A DNA stretch of 23,183 nucleotides from the NCBI RefSeq assembly GCF_000485595.1, contig NW_014577061.1, positions 782,728-805,910 of the forward strand. The letters run 5' to 3'. Below are positions 1-11,186 of the stretch, piece by piece (within the stretch, counting starts at the first letter, position 1; the number at the start of each line of letters is the position of its first letter). This DNA is from Priapulus caudatus. Lineage: Eukaryota. Made by a program: the position numbers and the translations under genes. The notes below the pieces were generated by a model, which made no database searches, was not told where the DNA came from, and saw only the letters and a program-made list of their open reading frames with translations.

Positions 1-691
1 TTGTAGTCAAGTATCCCCTTTCACCACCTTTCTCAGGGTGATTCTTCGGAAACAGAGGGACACCAATATCAAAACCTGGCCTAAAGTTTGCTTCCGATAT
101 ACTTGCTTTGGCTAATATTGCCAGCCCTTTGTCAAACCCTAGGTCTTCAATGTAGTCTGGAAATGTACCCGAGTACAAGTTAAAGATCACGTGATTTATG
201 CCATTATTCCACAATTTGTTTGCATACACTATTGTTTTGACATTTTTTATGTACTCCGGGCTTAACACGTCTCGATCGAGTGTGTCCACTCCGAGCACGA
301 ATATACATGCCTCTGCAGGGTTGGTGGTGTGGTACCTCGAACGGTGTATGGTGTTGAGCACCTTTCTGTAACTGCCCGAAACTTTATCCTCGGTGGGATA
401 TGTGTAAATTTTAAAATCGCCCCTACATTTCGAGAAGTCGAAGCAAGTCTCCATGCGACACTTTTCATTTCTGTATACAGCGCTTCTCTCGTCCCTCCGC
501 TGTCGAGGAGACACGTGCATATCTTCATCGTAGCGAAAGTCCTCCGTGTCGCAGAAGGGCTGAAGACGAGGACTAAAGGTGAACTTAGATAGTAGATCCC
601 CATGCTTTCTCAACACAAACCCTCCGAAGTAACACAGCAGTAAAAAAGCACAGCTGATAAACACAAGGAGATAACGCTTTTTCGCCTGCAT
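1..691 (-). CDS. EXT1: Exostosin-1 (heparan sulfate polymerase), first coding exon, partial; continues past the left edge
   Basis: Manual translation from ATG at 691: MQAKKRYLLVFISCAFLLLCYFGG...KCRMETCFDFSKC...ACIFVLGVDTLDRDVLS...LWNNGINHVIFNLYSGTFPDY...AILAKAS...FRPGFDIGVPLFPKNHP. Open for 230 codons. The MQAKKRY start, signal anchor and GT47 motifs are characteristic of EXT1/tout-velu. Confidence 0.96.
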   Translation of the reverse strand, partial: MQAKKRYLLVFISCAFLLLCYFGGFVLRKHGDLLSKFTFSPRLQPFCDTEDFRYDEDMHVSPRQRRDERSAVYRNEKCRMETCFDFSKCRGDFKIYTYPTEDKVSGSYRKVLNTIHRSRYHTTNPAEACIFVLGVDTLDRDVLSPEYIKNVKTIVYANKLWNNGINHVIFNLYSGTFPDYIEDLGFDKGLAILAKASISEANFRPGFDIGVPLFPKNHPEKGGERGYLTT

Positions 692-805
692 CTACGTATT
701 GAGTTCATTGATGATTTGCCTTTACCAGTTTATCACACTCTAACCTCTTAACGACATACCCAGCCGAAGTTTGAGAGTTTCTTTCAAACAAGACTATTTA
801 TGCTT

Positions 806-817
806 GCTGCCATCTTG
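806..817 (-). promoter_or_regulatory. YY1-like motif (CAAGATGGCAGC) in the presumed EXT1 5'UTR/TSS region
   Basis: Near-match to the YY1 consensus CAARATGGCGGC about 120 bp upstream of the EXT1 ATG; motif match only. Confidence 0.45.
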
Positions 818-1024
818 AAACTGGCTGGTGAGACCCGACAGGGAAACTTGTTAGATTCCGAAACACTCTGAATTAGACAAAATAATCTGTTTACAGCTGT
901 AATTATCAAAAAATATGCCATTGCTTTTAAATTACAGTGAATTATTATTGTTTAAACGTATGAACCGTTATATTGCTCGTTATTTAATGGCACTCGATCC
1001 GCACTCGATGCTTTCTTTTCATCG

Positions 1025-1032
1025 TGACGTCA
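1025..1032. promoter_or_regulatory. Palindromic CRE (TGACGTCA) upstream of EXT1
   Basis: Perfect CREB/ATF site about 335 bp upstream of the EXT1 start codon; motif match only. Confidence 0.45.
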
Positions 1033-1109
1033 TGTAATAGAAACATTTCTCATTTGTTAGACCTTGGTTACTCCGTGCTTGAATTGTTTGCGTTTGTGTA
1101 CGTATATAT

Positions 1110-2804
1110 GTATGATCATACTAATGAAATAATAGACAAAATATACAATGGTCTGTGGAATAAGAGTATTCTGCTTGGAGTGCATGTTGCCGTGAAGAAA
1201 TAACGAACACATGGACATAATCATTGGCTTGCTTTAAGAAGTCTGCCAAAAGATGTGTACCAATACTCGGTGAAAAACTAAGGTTTCTCTTTGATATCAA
1301 GCGTTCACTAAAGAAAAAGCTCAATCAAGCTAAACTTGTAATTAATACAAAACTAACCTATTATCTAAATAAAAGAATAAGAATGCTCAATGGAAGGATT
1401 GGACTGCAACAACAAAAAGAAAGAATAATAAAATTTTATGAGCAGTTGGATGAGCTCCAAAAACAGGGAGGAATAAACTCGGGAAGCTTTTGGAAAACAA
1501 GGAAAAGGTTGCTCCCAGCAAAGGAAAATAAAATGTTTGGAGTGGAAAAAAGAGGGGAACCCAAAGTAAAGTTAGAAAAAGTCAATGAAATTAAAGGAGC
1601 CTACGTAGAACACTTTAAATAATTATTAAGTACTAAGACTCCAGTAGGAGAGAAAGAATGCCAACTCTTTAAATCAGTAGAAAAAATGTTTCAGAAAATA
1701 AGAAATATGAATAGAAGAGTCGAGTATAGTGAATCTAATATTAACGAAATTCAGAAAGTTATAGATTCACTAAAAAGGAACAAATCCCCAGATAACCAAG
1801 GCTTAATGTACGAGTTATTAATAAATGCAGGGGACGACCTAAAAATGTCACTGAAAATGATGATAAACTTACTAATGCAAAAGAGAAGTGTTCCTACAGA
1901 GTGGAATGAAATGACTATAAAAGCAATTTACAAAGGAAAAGGGTCAAAGGAGGACCTTAAGAATACTAAGAATGTTTAAGAAGGATACTCGAAGCGCACA
2001 ACAAGACACCACTAGAGGCACTAAGAATAGAAAGTGGAATAATACCAATAAAAGATAGAATATGTTATAAAAAGTTAATGTTATTGCAATACATTATTAA
2101 GTTAGAAAATGACACATTAATGAAAATAGTATTTTTAGAACAAATTAAAGAAATTGGAAGTAATTGGGCAAAGGAGGCTTTTGAAATCTTGAAGGAGTAT
2201 GACATAAGTATGTCACTTATGACTATTGGTTCACAACATAAGAAAGAATGAAAAAAATATGTGAAGCAGGCTATTTTAAAAACAGTAATTATGAGAGAAG
2301 GTGTGATAATTGTGCTCATGAAGACCATGAGGTCTGGTGAGAAAACAAAAATAAAAATGATAAATATAGAAAGCTATGTATTAAAGCCATATATGACAAA
2401 ACTGTCATTTGATTATGCATGCTTTGTGTTTAGATGTAAGACGTGCATGCTAAACTTAAAAAGTTATTTTAAAAATAACTACAGTAATGATATGTGTGAT
2501 TTGTGTGACGAAAGGAAAAAAGAAAATTTGGAACATTTATACTCATGTAAGGTATATAGAGGGTATAATAAAGGGGAAGGAGTGGAAGATTGGAAAAGTG
2601 ATGACCCGAAAATACTAAAACCAGCACTAGAATATGTTAGAAAGGCATTATCAATTAGAGAAAGTAAAATAATTAATGCTAACTTGTAGACAGAATTTCC
2701 TTATCTACAGGATTTCCCCGCACATTCCAAAGAGAGAATCAGTGCCTTGAGAAATACAAGAGAGGGACCCCAAGATACAAGATACAAGATACAAGATACA
2801 AGAT
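1110..2804 (+). mobile_element. Decayed, 5'-truncated non-LTR retrotransposon ORF2 (possibly RTEX-like) with the RT core deleted
   Basis: A-rich ORF fragments 1224-1622 and 1686-1979 are in one frame across a stop and give pre-RT motifs SLKRNKSPDNQGLMYELL and PTEWNEMTIKAIYKGKGSKEDLKN. These are followed by post-RT CLRRILEAHNKTPLEALRIESGIIPI, a C-terminal CCHC knuckle CDLCDERKKENLEHLYSC and a (CAAGATA)n tail. Left boundary approximate. Confidence 0.85.
2771..2804 (+). repeat. (CAAGATA)x~5 tandem tail of the LINE
   Basis: Direct reading; begins about 80 bp after the ORF2 stop at 2689. Confidence 0.9.
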
Positions 2805-2847
2805 GGACTAACGGTTCGGCGCTGCCTACGTTATTAGACGATTAAAC

Positions 2848-2908
2848 CACTGATCTCTATAATATATTATAGATATATAGATTATAGATTATATTATAGA
2901 GATCAGTA
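2848..2908. mobile_element. 61-bp palindromic mini-element with 8-bp target-site duplication
   Basis: 18-bp perfect inverted repeat ACTGATCTCTATAATATA (2849-2866 / 2890-2907); flanks GATTAAAC (2840-2847) and GATTAGAC (2909-2916). Confidence 0.65.
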
Positions 2909-3323
2909 GATTAGACGGACTGGCTTATGAGTCATGTGTCGGCGGATGGTATGGGATGGAGGATGGTCAGGAATGGGAGGATTCTTACTGGAAATATAAA
3001 CGTTTTTCGCCAAAGTATGGTCTTGATTCGGTTGTGCAGCTGTTTTTAAGCATAAATTAGATACCCTGCGATAACATTTTAAAACGCGGGTCGATCAACA
3101 TAATATTATTATTAATAGCTGAAGTACGTGATTATTTAGCTTCAATTAAGCTATGCATTAATTAATCCCAAATATTTATTTCTGACTCTTGAATTTCGGA
3201 TCGTGTGAAGTGAGCCATCGGCTCATCTATCTATTCAAATAGATATACACCTATTTCTTAGTGTATGCAGAGGTGTATGTGCGTGAAAGAAATGAAATGG
3301 TCTATCCACGCCATCTAGTGTCA

Positions 3324-3324
<1 letters not shown>

Positions 3325-3356
<32 letters not shown>
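3325..3356. repeat. (ATA)n microsatellite
   Basis: Direct reading. Confidence 0.9.
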
Positions 3357-3523
3357 TAACCATAATAAACAGCCACCGGTCTGTTACTAAAATAAACACC
3401 ACCTCCGGTCCTCATCCTCATCCGGATCTTCAAATGGTTTATTGCGTTACACACCTATTCAAATGTGCCTACATTATCAAACCATTTTGTATACACAAAT
3501 GCGTTAATGCACACCACAAGTCG

Positions 3524-3877
3524 ATGGAAAAGGTAGAAACATTAGAGGCAGAGGAGTATGATTTTCGCTAAAAGAATTCGGTTGAAATTAGGTATAAGAA
3601 AAGCTTGTATCGTCTTATGAAAATGTACCATTGTATGACCGGTTAAAACTACAAATTTGTATATTTCAATAGTTAGTGCTGATAGTAGTGTAATTGTTAG
3701 TAACAGCAAGGCATAGCAAAACAAGAACCACAATGTAAATAAGTGAGCTAGTTATGCTTTTTGTGTATATATCCTTGGTAGTTATCCAATTTTATGAATT
3801 CAGAATTTTATTGTAAAAGTATGGTATTTATTGTATATGATGGATAATTTCCTAAATAAATAAATAAAAAATAAAAA
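3524..3877 (+). mobile_element. L2/Crack-like LINE 3' end, copy 1
   Basis: Similar to 4108-4372 plus 5089-5160 (ORF end MEKVETLEAEEYDF vs MENVETLATEEFEF; shared CCACAATGTAAATAA, TATATCCTTGGTA, TGGATAATT); ends in an (AAAT)n tail. Confidence 0.65.
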
Positions 3878-4372
3878 GTCTCGATTTTGTGTCCACTGTT
3901 ATTCCTAATGTATGATATGGCAGATGCAATTCCAGTTTCAATACCAGCTAGGGAAGGTGAGATGTCAATATTCAAACCAAGGGTTTGAAGCAGTGGGAAA
4001 AACTTACCTATACTGCATTTGAGGCTTAGAACGCTCTACCACAACATAATATATCAGGGCAAATACTATCTATAATCGTTTTAAGTATAGCGTTAAAAAA
4101 TATGTAATGGAAAATGTTGAAACGTTGGCGACAGAGGAGTTTGAATTTCACTATTGGATTTGATTGTAAATGGTGCATAAGAAATGTATACATTTTAAAA
4201 TAGTATAACTTACTAATTTGTATATTTCGATAGATGTTGATGGTAGTGTTATTATTATTAAGAGTAGGCCTAACGTAGCAAGATCCACAATGTAAATAAT
4301 GTGCTAGTCATATTTTTGGTATATACTGTATATCCTTGGTATAGCTATCTAATTTCATGACTTTAAAATTTA

Positions 4373-5088
<716 letters not shown>

Positions 5089-5664
5089 TAAAATTTAATG
5101 TAATAGTATGTATATATGGATAATTACCTATATAAATAGAATAATTAATTAATAAACAAATTCTAGTAGCGCTAGGAGTGCATGTCTATATTCATTCCAA
5201 AAAGTTATATTGGGGCCCGTTCTGCCTATACCTCTCTATTTGATACGGTCTAATCTAATGCACTATATGCCGTTTTAAATTGTTTTTCGTGGGGTTTACG
5301 CCCCAGGCAGCCAGGCTCAGTTAATATATATACCTAGTTGTGATCAGAAGTGAATCAACATCGATTACATGCAACATATTTCGCCTTGGTGCTAGCTCTA
5401 GCTTCGTGCAGGGTTTACCGTTAGCGATGCTGCTATAGAGCCCACATGCGGGTTTCAGTCGACTAAAAATAGCCACTCTACGGATGCTTTACACAGCTCA
5501 CTTGTACTTTTACGTACAATGTCGCTAACAGCATGAAAATGTATTACGTAGATCAACAGATTGATTAAAGGTTGATGTTTCGCACGCATCATTTGAATAT
5601 ATTAGCTGTTAGCATGAAGTGACGCTCGTGATATGCGATTTTGTTCGGGAATCGGCTCGGTGCT

Positions 5665-5801
5665 ATGGCGACAGAAACGGTTGCAGGGCCATGCACTCTA
5701 CGCGAACTGAAGGCCATTTTAACTGCACCAACTGGTGGAGTAGTTGTGTACCCAACGACATCGTACGATGAAGTGTACCTGAACCTCTTCATCGGGGACG
5801 A
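5665..5801 (+). CDS. DUSP3: Atypical dual-specificity phosphatase (DUSP3/VHR-like), exon 1
   Basis: ATG 5665: MATETVAGPCTLRELKAILTAPTGGVVVYPTTSYDEVYLNLFIGD(E); phase-2 donor GA|GTAAGT at 5802. Confidence 0.85.
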
Positions 5802-5860
5802 GTAAGTACTGTATATGCATACGTCATTGAGCGTAATTTGATTTGGATGTTATTTATGTG

Positions 5861-5914
5861 TATATATATATATATATATATATTCGCACGCACTCGCACA
5901 CGCGTGCGCCGACA

Positions 5915-5969
<55 letters not shown>

Positions 5970-5989
5970 TGTTGTGTGTGTGTGTGTGT

Positions 5990-6042
<53 letters not shown>

Positions 6043-6058
6043 GTGTGTGTGTGTGTGT

Positions 6059-6130
<72 letters not shown>

Positions 6131-6163
6131 TGGAGGGAGAGAGAGAGAGAAGAGAGAGAGAGC

Positions 6164-6194
<31 letters not shown>

Positions 6195-6199
6195 AGAGG

Positions 6200-6251
<52 letters not shown>
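5861..6251. repeat. Compound (TA)n/(TG)n/(GA)n microsatellite in phosphatase intron 1
   Basis: Direct reading. Confidence 0.97.
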
Positions 6252-6256
<5 letters not shown>

Positions 6257-6317
6257 GCAGACAGACGAATACATTGTGAAATTATGTTATAACTATAATT
6301 TTCGCTGTTATCCATAG

Positions 6318-6538
6318 AGAAATTGCTCATCGAAAAGCAACTCTTCGCAGAATCGGGATAACACATGTCATCAATGCAGGACAAGGTGAAACAGAATTCC
6401 ACGTGAACACGAATGCAGCGTTCTATGTTGGAACTGCTATTCGGTTCTTAGGTATCGAAGCTACAGACATGATGTCGTGTGATATGACGATACACTTCCA
6501 GACAGCTGCCACTTTTATTGAAGAAGGACTACGTGAGG
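6318..6538 (+). CDS. DUSP3: DUSP3/VHR-like phosphatase, exon 2
   Basis: Acceptor TATCCATAG|; EIAHRKATLRRIGITHVINAGQGETEFHVNTNAAFYVGTAIRFLGIEATDMMSCDMTIHFQTAATFIEEGLRE, including the general-acid Asp in GIEATD; donor G|GTCAGT; phases 2 and 1 are consistent with the flanking exons. Confidence 0.92.
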
Positions 6539-6679
6539 GTCAGTGCGCATGATCAGACTAGATTTTCACGTTAGTATAAACAAAGACCATATATATATAT
6601 ATACAGGGTCTTTGACATAAACACATTTACCTGGTGAATAATCAGATTCGTGTGTTCGGTGATAGATAATATTTCTTGA

Positions 6680-6901
<222 letters not shown>

Positions 6902-6937
6902 TACATTTAATCAAATTGTAAGCAAATGACTGTTATC

Positions 6938-6943
6938 AATAAA
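6938..6943 (+). terminator. Candidate polyadenylation signal AATAAA for the phosphatase gene
   Basis: First AATAAA, about 37 bp after the stop codon. Confidence 0.45.
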
Positions 6944-7267
6944 CAAATGAGAGAAGTGACTATATTTCCTCATTGCCTGTTTAAATTAGCATCATCACTT
7001 TAAGTAGTTTACTACTGCGATGATAAAAAATTACAATACAGAAAAATAAATTTAAAAGTTTACCATCAAATTATTATTTTAACACCGAGATTAACATATG
7101 ACTTTTGCATTTAATTATATATATATAGTGTTTATTAGCATACACAATTACCAGAAACGGTCACAAAAAGCAAATAATATGAGCTATGAAACGAAGTGCT
7201 TTAATTTAAAAGTTCAGACATGTTACACCTACATGTGTTTCCAACCATGGAGTGTCTATAGTCAGCA

Positions 7268-9148
7268 AGCCTGAAAGAGCACAATACATGACCAAATTAA
7301 AACACTTGAAAATTAATTAAATTAAATTAAATTATATTAATTAAAAATACTTAGATAGTTTTGGTCCATACGCGACACACATATTCAATGACCACAGATT
7401 TAAAGTCCAATCTTTACTCAAAACTTTTACCAAATTGTTTTTGAGATTTTCCAGCATGCTTGTCGGATACACTGATCTCTCAATACATAAAGGTTAGTAT
7501 ATAGGGGTAGGTGGGTAGGAAGGTCGGATACCCTTTTACTCACAAACGCGGCAACCCGGTCACCATGGCTACGCTATTTGACATATTTGCATAATTTTCC
7601 CACAAAATCAATTTAGCTTAAATGTTTTCCAAACGTCTATCAGCTATCTATCTCGCGTGTGAAATGCAGTTTCTGCACTCTAATAACAAATATTGCCACA
7701 AAGATAGAAAAAACTCCTCTGTTATAGAGAAGAAATGTGCCCCCACGTATTTCCTGCTTGTTCAACTGTTCGATGGTGCTGCCCTTAGTGAAAAGAGCGG
7801 TCAACTAAAATGATCATTGCAATGCAGTGATAAATTGCTCTGATTAAAAAAAATCCTGATTTGTCAATCTTTGGGGTTTCTCAGAGATCATGATAGGTAC
7901 CCGATTATGGCTGATCATATTAGTTATCTTAAACTGTTTTCGTAAATATTTTTGTTAAGATCTAATCATTGCCTGTAAAAGCTAGTATTCAGAAACACAC
8001 CTACGCAGGGAGTTGGATCCTCGCCATCTCAAATAATTTTTGGTTGATGTATGAAGACATTGTTAAGTGCGGCGTTATTTAACATCAGGAGTTTGTCACT
8101 TAACGATAACACGGACAAGATAATTCTGCAATAACACAAGGTGGCTGAGTACTACAATAGAACTGAAATGGAGTTATCGGAATTAATACCCGGCAGTGTG
8201 GTACGAATGCAGCGTGATCCCCGTGAAAAAATGGTAAATGTCATATTGCAAGCGAATTTGATAAATTTGGACGGGATTATGTTGTAAAAACCGACGGAGG
8301 CGATAATGGTACCACAAGAATAGGCACCAGTTAAGGTGGTACGCAGATCGTCCCCAGTCACCTTATGGCAATTCATGATACCGGAGTTTTCTATCGACAG
8401 TTGTAGGAAGAGGCTAGAGGGTTCAGCCGGTGAACTGGTCAATAAACTGCCTATAGAGCAGCAAGACAAACTACTGCAACCAGGATCCGAGCAAGAGCCA
8501 CCACCTGCCACTGAACGATCAGGTTAAAACCCAACCAGTGCGTGCAGTTGTGGGGCCACAACGTTAAAATAACATTCATTTTTACGAGTTGAGTTTCTTT
8601 GGTACACTTGATTTGTATAAATACTTGTAACCACTAATGTGGTGTCGTAGCATAAAAAAATAGGAAAGATGTAACAGTAAAATTGTTTTTCAATAATATC
8701 CTATATTATAATAAGCATGTATCAGTAGCCTTTTGCCAATTAAACAGCATTTCACTATTTTGCCATTGTAAAAGGCCTTTTTAGATTTGTGGTTGTAAAA
8801 TTCGGCAACGGAGTGCATTAATTTACATTATACACGCGAGGTAGATGCCCGATATACGTCTGGAAAGCATGAAAGGTAATTGTTTGGCCTTGTCGAAAAA
8901 TCGTGCTATTCTGTGAAGTAACGTAGCCACCACTATTGACCGGTCTGTTGTTTTTGTGTGTGAAACCATAGGTGAAACCATGGGTTCGTCTAAATGCTGG
9001 AAATGCTCTAAGCGTAGCTGGCAGAAGTTTTGAGCGGAGTCAGAACCTTGAATCCGTGGTTATTTTACATGAATGAAGTGTATGTTGGGTTTGCGCCAAA
9101 TTTCTTTGTATATTTTCAATGAAGTGTTGTGTGATGTTTCTTCAGGCT
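7268..9148. mobile_element. Old non-autonomous DNA transposon with ~450-520 bp diverged inverted arms (MULE/foldback-like)
   Basis: Ends AGCCTGAA...TTCAGGCT. Arms align by eye, e.g. ATGTTTTCCAAACGTCTATCAGCTATCTATCTCGCGTGTGAAATG (7622-7666) vs the reverse complement of ~8826-8870, plus CTCAAAACTT and CCGGTCA..TGGCTACG blocks. No TSD recognised. Confidence 0.7.
7960..8545 (+). mobile_element. Decayed Ty3/Gypsy pol fragment (integrase C-terminal region)
   Basis: Frameshifted translation: FRNTPTQG/VGSSPSQIIFG*CMKTLL ... VAEYYNRTEMELSELIPGSVVRMQ ... GRDYVVKTDGG ... YHKNRHQLR ... TERSG, matching the RNTP..SPxQ, YYNR..LxPG..VR, RNRxHL and TRSG patterns of Gypsy integrase tails. Confidence 0.75.
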
Positions 9149-9504
9149 GGCTAGGGCTGGCTACACATAGACGCCCTCTATTGTTGTACAACGACTACAA
9201 TTGTGTATAATCACAAGAACGGTGCCACATGGTAGTAGAAATTGTCAGCTTGCTCTATATAAGCCAGGTACCACATCGTATATCTCATTCTGTAATGCTG
9301 ATAAAAGCATGTTCTCTCACATCTAATTTCATGTCTGGAATGTTTAAATAAAATCGAAGGTATTTTTAGTGTTTACAATGTGAGTAGTCTTTTATAAAAT
9401 ATTCGTTAGTAGTCAGTGTTATTTGATAAAGCTATAAGTCATTGCGATTCGGCAGATTTACTCCAAGCACAGATTAATCATCTTGGTAGGCATTGATTTG
9501 TTAA

Positions 9505-10181
9505 AATCGAACAGAAATTAATTGAAAATGCGCAGAGAGTTTCGTTGCATACACGCCATACACTTTATTCATGCTAAATTACTACAGATTCGAAGACTGA
9601 TCTTCACTCAAAACATTTGCAAGATTGTTTTGCAAGAATTTTCATCATGTCGTTGGATCCCGTTACAAACACAAAAATAGCCAACCGGTCACCATGGCTA
9701 CACTACTTGACTCAATGGCACAATTACAGGACAAACCCAATCTCATTTCTAATGCCTTCTAGGAGGCGTATAACAGTAAGCGTCCGCGATTGTTCACCGT
9801 TGCACTACTTCGTCTCTAGAAAAGGCCTTTTTTGGCTTTTTTTTCCGCCGAAATTCGGCACTAGAGTGCAATAATTAGCATTATGCACGCAAGTTGGATG
9901 CCTCGTGGACGTGGAGAAAGCAATAGAAGTAAAATTATTTTTGTTTTGTATTCGTGAGATTCCGTCAGGTGGCGTAGTCAGAGCGACCGGTTGGTGGTTT
10001 TTGTGTATGAAATGTGTTCAGACAACTTTGCAGAAATTCGCATCATAGAGCTGGCAAAAGTTTCGAGGGGAGCATAGAGCATGAATCTGTAGTTATTTAA
10101 CATGAATAAAGTGTATGTTTTGTAAGTGCAGTAACAGTGTGAGTATTTTTAATTAATATCTGTTCGATGCTTATTCAGGCC
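9505..10181. mobile_element. Second, shorter copy of the long-TIR family
   Basis: Inverted arms: CATACACTTTATTCATGCTAAATTACTACAGATTC (9557-9591) vs GAATCTGTAGTTATTTAACATGAATAAAGTGTATG (10083-10117); right end TTATTCAGGC; shares CCGGTCACCATGGCTAC and AAAAGGCCTTTTT..AAATTCGGCA..GAGTGCA with the 7268-9148 element. Confidence 0.75.
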
Positions 10182-10219
10182 TGCAGCCTATGGACGGCGT
10201 CTACTGTATAGCAACACCT

Positions 10220-10589
10220 CTAGACGTCCACAAGGCATCTATCTTGTGTACAGTGTGTTGTATGCCGCCTGTATAGAGATCAGAGGTCAGAAACCATGCA
10301 AAGCTACGATACTATTCGATACTATGACGTGTCTTTGTCCTCACTTCTCTGCTTCTAATGCCTTATAGGAGTCCACGAAATATCTACCTTGCATGCATAA
10401 TGCAAATTAGTGCACTCTAATTCCGAATTTCACAGCAAAAAAATTCCGAAGAAGGCATCTTCCAGGGACGAAATAGCCTTTCGGTGAACAATCTGCGGAA
10501 AGTAACTGTTGTATGTCACAAGTTGATCAGTGGTCAGAAACCGTGAAAAGGCACGATACTATTCGATACTATGACGCGCCTTTGTCCTC
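10220..10589 (+). repeat. Two tandem fragments of the inner arm of the long-TIR family with a ~64-bp direct repeat
   Basis: GATCAGwGGTCAGAAACC...ACGATACTATTCGATACTATGACGyGyCTTTGTCCTC at 10278-10342 and 10526-10589; 10352-10514 resembles the reverse complement of ~9768-9930. Confidence 0.7.
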
Positions 10590-10658
10590 GGCTTTTTCCG
10601 GCTAACGGGAAAGGACGAAGCACAGCGAAGTGCTGTCGTTCGCAAATTTCGTTCTGTG

Positions 10659-10670
10659 GCCGCCATTTTG
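10659..10670 (+). promoter_or_regulatory. Consensus YY1 site GCCGCCATTTTG; likely promoter/TSS region of the zinc-finger gene
   Basis: Perfect YY1 consensus in a CpG-containing patch about 520 bp upstream of the ZNF ATG. Confidence 0.5.
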
Positions 10671-11186
10671 AGAATTCGGTTGTGTTACTGTTAGGGTTTG
10701 TTTACTTATACTAGACAAGGTTTTAGTTCTTGTAGAAGGAGGGAGTTTATGTTGCGGTGAGAAAGGATTTTGATATATCATATGATGTACCAGTTCATCG
10801 TCGTCGAATCAATGTAGTGTACAATATTCGTTTTCATCACGAAAGGAAGCAACGTCGAAAACGAGAACAATCGCAGCATATGTGTAAGCCTGAACTGGAT
10901 TTTAAATAGTATAATCTGCTGCCGAATACTCTGTACCATTTACATTATAATTTACTTGGAATCAACTTCTATTGGAACGGCTGCAAGACGGCTAACCATG
11001 TGTTAGTTTCGCCGTGCGAAGGTTAACGTTTACCATCATTGGACAGTACTACTTCAAATACTTGATGATAATTCAGTCATGCTTCGTGCATAGGGTGTTT
11101 TATCAATCACAAAGTTCGCCCAGTACATCCATGGTGATTAGTGCCAAGTCGATAAACTACTAGAAAACATCCCAGTTCAGCACAAC

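Noticed and set aside
262..603. ORF-track calls 262-603(-) and 329-592(+)
   Set aside because: Alternative-frame and antisense shadows of the EXT1 exon; no recognisable protein.
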